From Isurus oxyrinchus (taxonomy: Eukaryota): a stretch of 64,000 nucleotides of DNA. This document shows, one piece after another, positions 24,999-37,500 of this stretch. Position 1 is the first letter of the stretch; each line of letters opens with the position of its first letter. The position numbers and the translations under genes were made by a program. The notes under the pieces were generated by a model. It had not been told where the DNA came from. It saw nothing but the letters and a program-made list of their open reading frames with translations, and ran no database searches. Where the stretch lies: assembly GCA_026770705.1 (NCBI GenBank), contig JANJGN010000036.1, positions 5,642,001 to 5,706,000 on the forward strand, given 5' to 3'.

Positions 24999-27002
24999 CA
25001 CCGGGAGTGTCGGCCTGGCTTATGGGCTCAAGTCTCTGGATTGGGGTGTCAAACCCCTGACCTCCCGACTCAGAGGCGAGAGTGTGACCCACTGAAGCCA
25101 GGGCTGACACGCTAACTATTTACCCACCGAGCAACCTGGGAAAGCCGCCCCCAACACGTTAAACAAGATGAATGGGATTGTTCCTCGCCTGTGCGGAGAA
25201 TCAAAACTGAGCCCATTCCGACCCACATCCGTCTGTTCCCAGGAAAGGTGCCTGGATACCCTCCAGCTACACGGCACCCAAGCTGATCCATCGAGCATTT
25301 TAATCTGTTGGACCTCAGGACAGCTGGAGCAGCCCCATCAGTTAACAGCAGGGTTGGGGGTGGTTGGGGGGTGGAGGGGTGGAAGGGAGGGGGCAGAGGG
25401 TGGGGCAGCTGGCCTGGAATTCTAGAACATTCTGTAGCATTAGTATCAGACCAGTTACCCACCCCCCCCCCCCACCCGAACCTACGGAAACAGCCCCCGT
25501 CCCATTCGGAGTAGGTGTCAGTCATGTCTCCGTGGCTGAGATGGAAGGTCATGTGTTCGAGTCCCCACTCCAGAGGCTCGATCCCACAATCCCAGGCCCT
25601 CATTCCCAGTGCTGCCCTCGTAGGTGGAGGCGAAAGATCCCACGGCAGCTCTTGGAAGAAGTGCGGGCGGGTGGGGCAGAGGGGGTGTGAGGGGGAACTC
25701 TCCCCCCGTGACCCGGGGGCCAATATTTATCCCTTAATCTATATCACAAAAAAAGCAGGGTCCTGATCACATCGCTGGCTGTGGGATCTTGTTGTGCGCA
25801 GATTGGCTGCTGGATTTCCTACATTACAACAGTGACCACACCTCAGACAAAGTACTCCACTGTTCGCCAAGTGCCTCGGGACATCCTGAGGTTAAGAAAG
25901 GGGCAAAATGCCTTTAATTTTTCTTTAATTATGCTCACAAGTAAAGAATGGCAGAACTTTGCTTCTTTATTGAGAAGGAGCTGGTAAGCACATAAGAAAT
26001 AGGAGCAGGCATTGGCCATTCAGTCCCTTGAGCTTGGTCTGTCATTCAATAGGGTCATGCCTGCTCTTGTACCTCAACTCCACTTTCCTGCCTTATCCCT
26101 CTGTAGTATAAAGGTGTGGTACACATAGCACTGCCCACACAGTGACGGAAGAGTACACATGACCCGCATCTAGAGGTCAGTTGAGCGTTGGACAGAGCTG
26201 TGTGTACCAGCCAGCATGGAGACAGTTCCCAGCTTGTGCCCTTTACTGTAAATTTGTAAAGACTTCTAAGAATCGTTAAAGACTCACAGTTAGCCTACGT
26301 CTGAATACAAAGGCCTCCTCAAACCTACCCAACTGAGACCAACACCTTACAACATGGTGGCAGCTCGTGGGAAAAAAAACCCCCAAAACCTCGCTAAAAT
26401 GCAGCCAAAATTGCTGGAGGACTGAGGGAATCTTTACAGTAGTTCAAGAGTCAGGAGCGCAGTTTGAGAGAAACCCGTCGCTAAAACCCAATCCCTGAGG
26501 TGTCCGGAGCTCATTAGAATGCAAAAAAAAACCCACAAAGAGTTAATTAAATATCTCTGGGACATTGCGATTGTTTGCCTCGGTAAAAGGCAAGCAGAAC
26601 CTAGAATCTGATAGGCTCAAGAGCCAACAATGTGAAATGCTGAGCAAGAGGTGTCTGCAGGCAACCAGTCCAGACAGCCATTGTTAATTCTTTTTCTTCC
26701 CCAAACTGAGAGTGGCATGGTTGCAGAGTCCGCCAAAACTGGGCAAGGCATGGGGAAACCCCTGTCTCCGAGCGAACGGCGACACCATCTTGAAATTCAG
26801 ACAGCGCTTAAAGCAGAACATAACGCTTTTAAAATTTCGAACGCAGGTCGGAATTCCACACTTCCAGGTCAGTGCGGACTAATCGGGGGCCCAGGTCAAT
26901 CACAAAGTTGGGGACTTTGGCGGAAAATCTTCTTAAGATTTAGCATCGCTTCAGGTTTAAGTAAAAAGTCAGAGAAAGAGCAGCCGAACACGCTGCTTTA
27001 CT

Positions 27003-27318
27003 GAAAAGTGAAAAAAACTGCGGACGCTGGAAATCCAAAACAGAAACAAAAAATACCTGGAGAAACTCAGCAGGTCTGGCAGCATCTGCGGAGAGGGACA
27101 CAGTTAACGTTTCAAGTCCGTATGACTCTTCAACAGAGCTAAGGAAAAATAGAAAAGGAGGTGAAATATAAGCCGGTTTAAGAGGGGGGTGGGACAGGTA
27201 GAACTGGATAGAGGCCAGTGATAGGTGGAGATAACCAAAAGATGTCACAGACGAAAGGACAAAGAGGTGCTGAAGGTGGTGATATTATCTAAAGGAATGT
27301 GATAATAGGTGACATTAA
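27003..27318 (-). mobile_element. Short Penelope 3'-terminal fragment inserted in the Gypsy gag
   Basis: Perfect 11-bp TSD gctgctttact at 26992-27002 and 27319-27329. Confidence 0.85.
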
Positions 27319-27838
27319 GCTGCTTTACTTGGTGGGCCGACTGTGCTTGATTTTGTTGCAAAAAATTAATGAATCGTCTGCAAAGTTTGAAGAGGCAGCT
27401 AAAATGGTTTGATATTTATTTTAATCTAAGGACCAGCAAGGCACTCGAAAGAGCTAAGTTCAGTAAGAGAATCCGGGAGAAGCCAGGAGAAGAGCCATAC
27501 GGACTCGAAATGTCAACTCTGTTTTCCTCTCCACAGACCTGCTGAGTTCCGGCAGCACTTTCTGTCTCTATTTCGGATTTCCAGCAATCCGCAGTGTTTT
27601 GCTTTCAGCCGGGAGAAACCTATCAACTCGTTCATCAAAACCGCGCAGGTCATAAAGTCTGGAGAGCTCACGAGGCCCGAGGGTTATCCACGAGGCCGAG
27701 GACTGCAAGCCCAGAGAATACGCACAGCCACGCTCGGTCTCGGGCCGGGGTCAAAGATCTTGGCTTCTCATTTTGGAGTGTGGAAATTTCAGTCAATGGC
27801 CATTTAACAAATTTTAAATTTGTCGGTGGGACAGTGCT

Positions 27839-29110
27839 AAAAATATAAAACAAAAAACAGAATTACCTGGAAAAAACTCAGCAGGTCTGGCGGCATCGGC
27901 GGAGAAGAAAAGAGTTGACGTTTCGAGTCCTCATGACCCTTTGACAGAACGAGGTGAATCCCAGGAGAGGGGTGAAATATAAGCTGGTTTAAGGTGGTTG
28001 GGGGGGAGAAGTGGAGGGGGGGGGTGTGGTTGTAGGCAAAAGCAGTGATAGAAGCAGATCATCAAAAGATGTCACAGTCAGCAGAACAAAAGAACACATA
28101 GGTGTTAAAGTTAAAGTTGGTGATATTATCTAAACGAATGTGCTAATTAAGAATGGATGGTAGGGCACTCAAGGTACAGCTCTAGTGGGGGTGGGGGAAG
28201 CATAAAAGATTTAAAAATATTTAAAAATAATGGAAATAGGAGAGAAAAAAAGAAAAATCTATATAATTTATTGGAAAAAAACAAAAGGAAGGGGGAAGAA
28301 ACAGAAAGGGGGTGGGGATGGGGGAGAGAGCTCACAACCTAAAGTTGTTGAATTCAATATTCAGTCCGGAAGGCTGTAAGGTGCCTAGTCGGAAGATGAG
28401 GTGTTGTTCCTCCAGTTTGCGTTGGGCTTCACTGGAACATTGCAGCAAGCCAAGGACAGACATGTGGGCAAGAGAGCAGGGTGAAGTGTTGAAATGGCAA
28501 GTGACAGGGAGGTTTGGGTCATTCTTGCGGACAGACCGCAGGTGTTCTGCAAAGCAGTCGCCCAGTTTACGTTTGGTCTCTCCAATGTAGAGCAGACCAC
28601 ATTGGGAGCAACGAATGCAGTAGACTAAGTTGGGGGAAATGCAAGTGAAATGCTGCTTCACTTGAAAGGAGTGTTTGGGCCCTTGGACGGTGAGGAGAGA
28701 GGAAGTGAAGGGGCAGTTGTTACATCTTTTGCGTGGGCATGGGGTGGTGCCATAGGTGGGGGTTGGGGAGTAGGGGGTGATGGAGGAGTGGACCAGGGTG
28801 TCCCGGCGAGAACGATCCCTACGGAATGCCGACAGTGGAGGTGAAGGGAAGATGTGTTTGGTAGTGGCATCATGCTGGAGTTGGCGGAAATGGCGGAGGA
28901 TGATCCTTTGAATGCGGAGGCTGGTGGGGTGATAAGTGAGGACAAGGGGGACCCTATCATGTTTCTGAGAGGGAGGAGAAGGCGTGAGGGCGGATGCGCG
29001 GGAGATGGGCCGGACACGGTTGAGGGCCCTGTCAACGACCGTGGGTGGAAAACCTCAGTTAAGGAAGAAGGAGGACATGTCAGAGGAACTGTTTTTGAAG
29101 GTAGCATCAT
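27839..29110 (-). mobile_element. Penelope-like element 3' part with GIY-YIG endonuclease
   Basis: NLVYCIRCSQCGLLYIGETKRKLGDCFAEH...TLQPSGLN; flanks gtgggacagtgct / gtgggatagtcct (11/13, degraded TSD). Confidence 0.9.
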
Positions 29111-31346
29111 GTGGGATAGTCCTGTTGGGCAAAGAACCATAGCTAAAAGACCTCTGGCTTCGGACAACAGACACAGCGCTCGATGGGCCCAGAGGAATCT
29201 GACATCTGGTCATAGGCCTGATTCTGGAACCAATAAGGTACGGTGGCAAACAAATCTTCGAGATAATCTATGCCATCCTGAACTAGCCTTCCTCTCTCTT
29301 GAGCAGAGATGCCCCTGTGGCTCTGGACCTCCTCGAAACAGCAGAAGATGGCAAGGCAACCAGTGTTTTGTTATTAATCATACAGAACTGCAAATTCCTG
29401 AGTACTCAAACTAAAAAGACTATCCTGACTGGGGCTTCAGCTCTGAATTGTCTTCTCTCTTTGCAGAGCAGGTCTGTCCATTTTCGTTACAAGTGCTGGA
29501 AAACCTTCACGGTCGGCCCAGCCCAACACCCAGTGGTCTGGCACAAAACGGGTTAACGTGCGACTGAGTATAGTACCGCCCATGCAGTGATGTAAGAGAA
29601 CATGTGACCTGCACCGAGGGGTCAGTTGAGTGTTGGACAGAGCTGTGTGTACCAGCCAGCATGGAGACAGTTCTTAGCTTGTGCCCTTTACTCTATATTT
29701 GTAAATAGTTCTAAGAGTCAATAAAGACTCACAGTATTCCTCTCAAATCTTTATCCATCATGCTTCAATGAGATTACCTCTCATTCTTCTAAACTCCAGA
29801 GAAAATAGGCACATTCTTGTGAAAATGGATTATCACCTTGACACTTGCCTCTAATACTGGGCCTAATAAGCAGTGGCTTGGAGTGGCCTGATGCCAAGCA
29901 CTTAGGTTGTTTAGATACCTGTTTGTGCCCGTGACCTGGTACATTGCTTAGCAGAAGTCTCGAACCTGTGATTCCCATGGCAACAAGCTGTGAGGGCATT
30001 CATGGAACGAATGTGCTTTGGTGCTACTGAGTCAGCCAATGGGTTGGAGGTGAGGGGTGGGGTGGGGGTAAATTATAGCAGGACATGCAGCAAACAGTCT
30101 ACTGTACAGCAAACAGAGTCTCTACTGCGTCCAGTTCTGGGTGCCACACTTCAGGAAGGATGCGAAAGCATTGGAGAGAGTGTAGAAAAGATTCACGAGA
30201 ATAGTTCCCAGGGACGAGGAACTTCAGTTACGTGTACAGATTGGAGAAGTTGGGACTGTTTTCCTTGGAGAAAAGAAGGCTGAGAGAAGACTTGATAGAG
30301 GTGCTCAAAATCATGAGGGGTATGGCCAGAGCAGTTGGAGAGAAATTGTTTCTACTCATGAGAGGATCGAGAACCAGAGGGCACACGTTTAAAACAACTG
30401 GCAGGAGAACTAAATGTGAAGTGAGAAAAAATGTTTTCACGCAGCGAGCGGTTAACGTCTGGAATACATTGACTAAGAGTGGTGAAGGCAAGTCCAATCA
30501 AAACATTCAAAAGAGAATTAGACTCTGAAAAGGAAGAAAGTGCAGGGTTCCGGAGAGAGGTTGGGGGAATGGCACTAGGTGAATTGCTCATTTGGAGAGC
30601 CAGCACAGATACAATGGGCTGAATGGCCTCTTTTTGCCCTGTAACAACTCTGTGATTCTATTTCTTCAAAAAAAAATCTATTTAATTGGTGGGCTCTCAC
30701 AGTCTACAGAGTCTGCTTTAACATAGTGATGCAAGAATATCAGAAATAGGAGCTGGAGTAGGTCATTCAGCCCTTCGGGCCTGCGCTGTCATTCAGTGAG
30801 AACGTGGCTGATTTTCTATCTCAATTCCACTTTCCAACCTTCCTGTCCTATCCCTTGATTCCCTTAATGTCCAAAAATCTATCAATCTATCGATCTTCAG
30901 TCTTGCATATACTCAACTGAGCATCTGTAGCTCTCCTGGTAGTAGGGAATTTTAAAGGTTTGCAAGCCTCTGAGTGAAGAAATTTCACCTCATATCAAGT
31001 CCAAAATGGGTGAACCCCTTGTCCTGAGAATTTCCCCCCCATCCCATGTTCTCCAGACAGAGGGGGGAAAACAGCCTCTCAGCATCTACCCTTTAAACCT
31101 CTTAAAGATTTTACACATTTCATTGAGATCAACTCTCATTCTTCTAAACTCCAGAGAATAGAGGCCCTTTCTACTCAATCTCCTCATAGGACAACCTCCT
31201 CATCCCAGGAATCAGTCTAGTAAATCGCCATTGCACTCCCTCTCAGGCAGGTATATCCTCCCTTCGTCCACACAATCCTGCAGGTGTGATTGCATCAAGG
31301 CCCTATCCAACTGCAGTAAGACTTCTTCACTCTAATACTCCAATCC

Positions 31347-31790
31347 CTGGAATCTAATCGAGGGGTTCGGGGTGGTTTATATATAGAATAACAGATACCC
31401 GGGAGTGAGTTACAGACTGGAATCTAATCGAGGGGTTTGGGGTTGTTTATATATAGAATAACAGACACCCGGGAGTGAGTTACAGACTGGAATCTAATCG
31501 AGGGGTTTGGGGTTGTTTATATATAGAATAACTGATACCCGGAAGTGAGGTGCAGACTAGAATCTAATCAAGGGGTTCGGGATGGTTTATATATAGAATA
31601 ACAGATACCCGGGAGTGAGTTACACACTGGAATCTAATCGAGGTGTTCGGTGTAGTTTATATATAGAATAACAGATACCCGGGAGTGAGTTACGGACTGG
31701 AATCTAATCGAGGGGTTCGGGTGGGTTTATATATAGACTAACAGATACCCGGGAGTGAGTTACAGGCTGGAATCGAATTGAAGGGGCTCT
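31347..31790. repeat. 70-bp minisatellite, ~6 copies
   Basis: Unit ctggaatctaatcgaggggttcggggtggtttatatatagaataacagatacccgggagtgagttacaga. Confidence 0.95.
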
Positions 31791-33589
31791 GATGGTTCAG
31801 GAAAAGGAGAAGGCCATTAAGCCCCTCAAGTATGTTCAGTGAATCAGTTGGATCATTGACTCATTTAGCTGCCCTTGATCCACATCACTTGCTCCTGTTC
31901 TCTAATAAAAATCAATCAATTTTGCTATTGAAAGCTCCAATTAATCTGATATCTGCAACCCTTTGTTCGAGAAAATTCCAAATTTACACTGAGCTTTGTG
32001 TGGAAAAAATTCACCTGTGTTTTCAGGACCATTAGAACATGTTGTCTTAATCACACAGCACAGGAGGCCATTCGGCCTATCGTGCCTGTACCAACTCTTT
32101 GAAAGGTCTATCCAATTCGTCCCACCACTCCCTTCTATTCTCCCAAAGTCCTGCAAATGTTTCCCCTTCAAGTATTTATCCAGTTGCCCTTTTGAAAGTT
32201 CCTATTGAATCTGCTTCCACTGCCCTTTCAGGCAGCGCCTTCCAGATCACAACAACTTGCTGTGTAAATAAAAACAAATTCTCCTCATCTCCCCCTCTGG
32301 TTCCCTTCCCGATTCTCTTCAATTTGTGTCCCCTCTGGTTACCGACCCTCCTGCCCAGTGGAAACAGTTTCTCCTTATTTACTCTGTCCGAATCCCCTTC
32401 CTGATTCCGAACGTCTCGATTCAATCTCCCCCTTAACCTTCTCCGCTCTAAGGAGAACAATCCCAGCTTCCCCAGCCTCTCCACATGAACTGAAGTCCCT
32501 CATCCCTGGTCCCATTTGGGGTCAATCTCCTTCCACTCCCTCTCGAAAAGCCCTTGACATCCTTCCCAAAGTGCGGGGCCTAGAATTGGACACAATACTC
32601 CAGCTGGGGCCTATCCGGTATTTTATACAGGGTTCACCATAAATTTCTTTCTCTCGTACTCAATGCCTGTATTGAAAATGGCAAGGATCACATATGATAT
32701 TTTTAACAGCTTTCTCAACTGGTCCTGCCCGGTTAAAGATTTATGCACCTGCCCCAGCCAAAAAAACCAGTAAAACTTGGAACTGGCTGGTACTGGTCTG
32801 AACTGGAGCTCCAATCTTAAGGTATAGAAGACCAGGTCGGACCCTCTACCAGTCGTTTCCCAAGTTTTACCATCGTTTTCCTTCAGGATTCTCGGTTCCT
32901 CCCTGTCCTTTAAAATTATATCACTTCATTTCGGTTGAAACTCCTCATTGTTCCTTATAAAACTTGCTATAGAGGGAGAGCAGCGAAGGTTTACTGATTC
33001 CTGGCATGGCGGGACTGACATATGGGGAGAGATTGAGTCGGTTAGGATTATATTTGCTGGAGTTCAGAAGAATGAGGGGGGATCTCATAGAAACCTATAA
33101 AATTCTAACAGGACTAGACAGGGTAGATGTAGGAAGGATGTTCCCGATGGTGGGGGGAGTCCAGAACCAGGGGTCACAGTCTGAGGATACAGGGTAGACC
33201 ATTTAGGACTGAGATGAAGAGAAATTTCTTCACCCAGAGAGTGGTGAGCCTGTGGAATTCGCTACCACAGAAAGTAGTTGAGGCCAAAACATTGTATGTT
33301 TTCAAGAAAGAGTTAGATATAGCTCTTGGGGTGAAAGGGGTCAAAGGGTATGGGGAGAAAGCGGGGGAGCAGGCTATTGAGTTGGATGATCAGCCGTGAT
33401 CATAATGAATGGCGGAGCAGGCTCGAAGGGCTGAATGGCCTCCTCCTCCTAGTTTCTATGTTCTAAACACATCTGTTCGCCCTTTCTCTACATTAAACCT
33501 CATCAGTAAACGTCCTCCCTGACTCTGTTCCTGTGTATCTCGCTGTTTACGACATTTCCAAACCTTATCTCGGGTTAAGAAGTCTCTAA

Positions 33590-34885
33590 GTCTCTCGTTC
33601 CGGAGAGTAGAATTGGGGGAAAAGGCCGCAGGTTACATTGAACCTCTCTGCAACTTTGGCTAGGCGACGCTCATAACTCTGTGCGCCGTCTTGGTTTCCA
33701 ACAAGCACAGGAGGACCAGGGAAACGGTTCACAAAATTGACAAGGACACGGCATCCACGAGGTGACAAATCTACCATCCCAAAAACTTGAAAACTCTGCT
33801 CCCCGCACCCTCACGAGCACCAAGTGGCGTCCGTCCATCAAAACCCCTGCGCTCGCTGGCCCGTGCTGGCTCCCACTTTAAAAATTGTCATCCCGCTTTT
33901 CAAATCCGTCCGTCTGTCCCTCGGTGAGGGTGAGCCACTCCGAGGAGCGCAGTCTGGGAGAGGTGCTGCCCTCTTCCCTCAAACCCCTCGCACGCCCCCG
34001 GATGCACTTCGCAATCTCCTGTTGGCTGACGGCTGTGCAGGAGCCTCTGAGCTGGCTCAGAGCTGGACTCCGAGCCAAGTAAGCGTGGACTTCCTCGCCA
34101 GTGCATGTGACGGCTTTGGGCCCACCGGTCAGCAGCAAGAGAACTGAAGTCGTGTCGCAGCGGGCTCCCAGGCAAGCCCCGTCTGGAGCCCGGGTTTTCA
34201 GTCCACGACCAGGACCTTGTTAGCAGTGGATAAACTCACTTATCTCGGCAGCACACTCTCTCCCTCTCTCGAGCTGTCTATATGGACGACGAGACACGTG
34301 CAAGAATTGCCAAAGCAAGGCTTCAAACATCAGTGTGGGAATGAAGGTCAGTCTGTCTACTGAACTGAAAGTCCATGGAGCAATAATTTGGGATGCACTC
34401 TCACGGCAGTCAAAGACCATAAGACATAGGAGCAGAAATTAGGCCATTTGGCCCATCGAGTCTGCTCCGCCATTCAATCATGGCTGATAAGTTTCTCAAC
34501 CCCATTCTCCTGCCTAAGGAAGAGTTACACGGACAGTGAAGGCTTTACTCAGGAGCTTTGATACCGACTCCCAGTCCTTGGCGGGTGGTTGGGGGAGGGG
34601 GGTGTGTCCGCCCAGGATCGCCTTGCCTGGCGTAGCCAAATAAAAAAACGGTGTGGCCTCCAGGGAAAGCCAAGCGCACGTCGGAGGCGGAGAGAAAAGG
34701 CACGGGGAGGAAATCCCGAGCCAGCGGTCTGACCAAAGCGTGGTCATCTGCAGCGTCCGGCTGCCTTTGAGTAGAGCCTTCCGAGCGCAGGTCGACCTTA
34801 GCAGTCACCGGCGTATGCACAGGAGCCCTTCCGAGCATCCCCAGATGGTGAACGTGGTCATCTTCGCCTGGAAGGACCAACGAGA
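33590..34885 (+). mobile_element. Decayed RTE-clade (BovB-like) LINE, with a CR1 tail inserted at ~34414-34514
   Basis: LRNLLLADGCA (RT DD motif), SVDFLASACDGFG, AVDKLTYLGSTLS, DDETRARIAKA, QDRLAWRS and a C-terminal RAFRAQVDLSSHRRMH zinc-finger remnant. Confidence 0.8.
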
Positions 34886-35202
34886 ACCTCCTCCATCCTC
34901 ACAATCCTCTGCGCCCCCTCCGATTCTGGCTTATGCTGCATCAGCCCCTCACACAACCTCCCCCCTCTTCCCAATTTCCATCACCCCACCATTGGCGTCC
35001 ACCAGCTGCCTGGTCCTTAAGCTCTGGAATTCCACCCCTCCTTGCCACCTCTGCACTTTTCCTCCTTTAAGCTACTCCTTACAAACATCCTCTTTGACCA
35101 AGCATTTGCTTCACCTGCACTAATATCTCTTGGACGCTTACAGCACAGAAGGAGGCCACTTGGCCCATCATGTCTGCACCAGTCAACAAAGGTCTGACTT
35201 CA

Positions 35203-35419
35203 TTAAGATAAAAGCAAAATACTGCGGATGCTGGAAATCTGAAACATAATCAAAAATATCTGGAAAAACTCAGCAGGTCTGACAGCATCTGCGGAGAGGA
35301 ATACAGTTAATGTTTCGAGCTGAAGATGGAGAGTCATACGGACACGAAACGTTAACCGTATTCCTCTCTGCAGATGCTGTCAGACCTGCTGAGTTTTTCC
35401 AGATATTTTTGTTTGTGTT
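35203..35419. mobile_element. Palindromic Penelope-terminus-derived element
   Basis: ~65-bp near-perfect inverted arms; 10-bp TSD tctgacttca at 35193-35202 and 35420-35429. Confidence 0.8.
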
Positions 35420-36216
35420 TCTGACTTCACTAATCCCATTTTCCAGCGCCTGGCCCATAGCCCTGGAGGCTATGGCAACACAAGTGAATATCTAAATACT
35501 TCTTAAATGTTACGAGAGTTTCTGACTCAACCACCCTTTCAGGCAGTGACTTCCAGACTCCCACCAACATCTGGGTGAAAAAGAATTTCTCCTCAACTCC
35601 CCTCGTAGCCTTCCACCTATTAACCTTAAATCTCTCCTTTTTTCAATTCATTTATGTGGGTGTCGCTGGCTAGGCCAGCATTTATTGCCCATCCCTAATT
35701 GCCCCTTGAGAAGGTGGTGGGTGAGTTGCCTTCTTGAACCGCTGCAGTCCCTGTGGTGTAGGTACACCCACCGTGCTGTTAGGGAGGGAGTTCCAGGATT
35801 TGGACCCAGCGACAGTGAAGGAACGGCCGATATATTTCCAAGTCAGGATGGTGAGTGGCTTGGAGGGGAACTTCCAGGTGCTGGCGTTCCCATCCAGCCG
35901 CTGCCCTTATGCTTCTAGATGGTAGCGGTAATGGGTTTGGGAGGTGATGTTTGGAAGTGTGACTCAGTGTCAAATTGTGCCCCATGGAAGCACCATGAGA
36001 TGTTTGTATTATGTCGAAGGGCGATATATAAATGCAAGTTGTTGATGGGGATGAGGTGAAGAGGGGCAGGAGGATGCTCATGTGGTGCATAAATACTGGC
36101 ATGGATCAGATGGGCTCAACAGCCTGTTTCTGGGCTGGGAGCTCAATGCAACACATACCTAAAGGTGCAATGTTGTTCTTACTGAACCCCAAGGAACACA
36201 AGTATACTGCTGAAGG

Positions 36217-36830
36217 AAATGCTGGAAATCGGAAATAAAAACAGAAAATGCTGGAAAAATTCAGCATGCTGGCAGCATCTGTGGGGAGAGAAACAGAATT
36301 AACAGTGCGAATCCAATATGACTCTTCTTCAGAACTAAAGAGAAGTTGAAATGTGATGGTGAGAAAGTGGGGGAGTGGTAGATGGAGCAAAAAAGATCAG
36401 GGATAGGTGGAGATTAAATGACACAGATGTCGTGGAACACAAGGCAAAGGGAGTGGTGATGATTGTATTAAAGACATAAAGCAATGGTCCAGAGTAGGCG
36501 TTAATAGCAGACTAAAGGTCAGCACTGTCTGAAAGCAAAGTAGCAGAATGTGTTAATAGCAGAATAAAGGTCAGTGCGGTGTGAAAGCAAAAACATGAGA
36601 ATAAGGTATAAACTGAAACTTTGGGGAGGGGAGGTTGTTTGGGAGAAAGAATTCAAAAATGGAGGACAGAGTTCATGGTCAGAAGTTGTTGAACTCAAAT
36701 GTTGAATCCAGACGTTTGGACTCAGTGTAAAGTGCCTCATCAGAAGATGAGGTGCTGTTGCTCCAGCTTGCATTGGGCCTCACTGGAGCACCGCAGCAGG
36801 CTGAGGGCAGAAAGGTGAGCGCGAGAGCAG
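36217..36830 (-). mobile_element. Penelope 3' fragment (same family as 27839-29110)
   Basis: Homologous to the GIY-YIG C-terminus and 3' UTR of the 28-kb copy. Confidence 0.75.
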
Positions 36831-37339
36831 GACGGGGAATTCGACAGCACCTTCCAAACCCGCGACCTCTACCCCCCCCCCCCCCCCCCCACCACCCCGC
36901 CTAGAAGGGCAGCAGACGCATGGGAACACCACCGGCTGGAAGTTCCCCTCCGCGCCACCCTGACTTTGGAGCTAAATCGGCCGCCCCTTCGCCGCCGCTG
37001 GGTCAAAATCCTGGAACTCCCTCCCCTAACGGCGCTGCCGGGTGCGCCCACACCACGGGGGACCGCAGCGGCTCAAGCAGGCGGGCGGTGGGGTCGATCG
37101 GGGTTGGGCAGCAGGTGGTGGCGGCCTGAGCCGGGAGGTGCTCCGCCGAGCGGCCACCCGGCCTGCGCTTGGTCTCCCCATGCCCGAGGAGGCCGCGTGG
37201 CGAGCGGCGGGCACCGTATGAGGGGAGGCACAAGTGAGTCGCTGCTTCGGGTCCATCGCTGCTCAGGGCACATCGCCCTCCTGCATCCTGGAAAACAAAA
37301 TAGAACAACCCATTGAACACTTCTTCCTGCTTGTCTTAC

Positions 37340-37500
37340 CTCAAGGGGAGAATTCTGCAATTTGCTTTAATTTCCCCTTCTTCTGGGCCAAAGAGATCCC
37401 ATAAGATGAGCCACTTTCTGCAGGAGCTGGGCTGCTTGCCTCTGGCTCCAAGGCGTCCACTTCCAACATGACCTCTCTCCCTCTCCCTTTGTGTTCCCCC
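37340..37500 (-). other. TTC24: Probable first (5' UTR) exon of TTC24, containing a 42-codon uORF (37469-37341)
   Basis: Strong minus-strand donor GAG|GTAAGA at 37340, directly downstream of the CpG-island promoter. The ATG exon has an acceptor, so an upstream exon is needed. TSS not known. Confidence 0.55.

Larger units (their letters stand above)
26102..29735 (+). mobile_element. Decayed Ty3/Gypsy LTR retrotransposon with nested Penelope insertions
   Basis: 5' LTR TGTAGTA...TACAACA (26102-26354); PBS TGGTGGCAGC.CGTGGGA (tRNA-Leu-like); gag remnant FSIASGLSKKSEKEQPNTLLY; protease remnant WSVEISVNG...FKF; partial 3' LTR at 29570-29735. Confidence 0.8.

Noticed and set aside
29972-29984. Second X-box-like site (ttcccatggcaac) as an alternative TTC24 promoter
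   Set aside because: Only one perfect half-site, no CpG island, and no clear donor nearby.
33586-34880. Minus-strand short ORFs as a novel, viral or CHAT-like gene
   Set aside because: The plus strand explains the region as a decayed RTE LINE.
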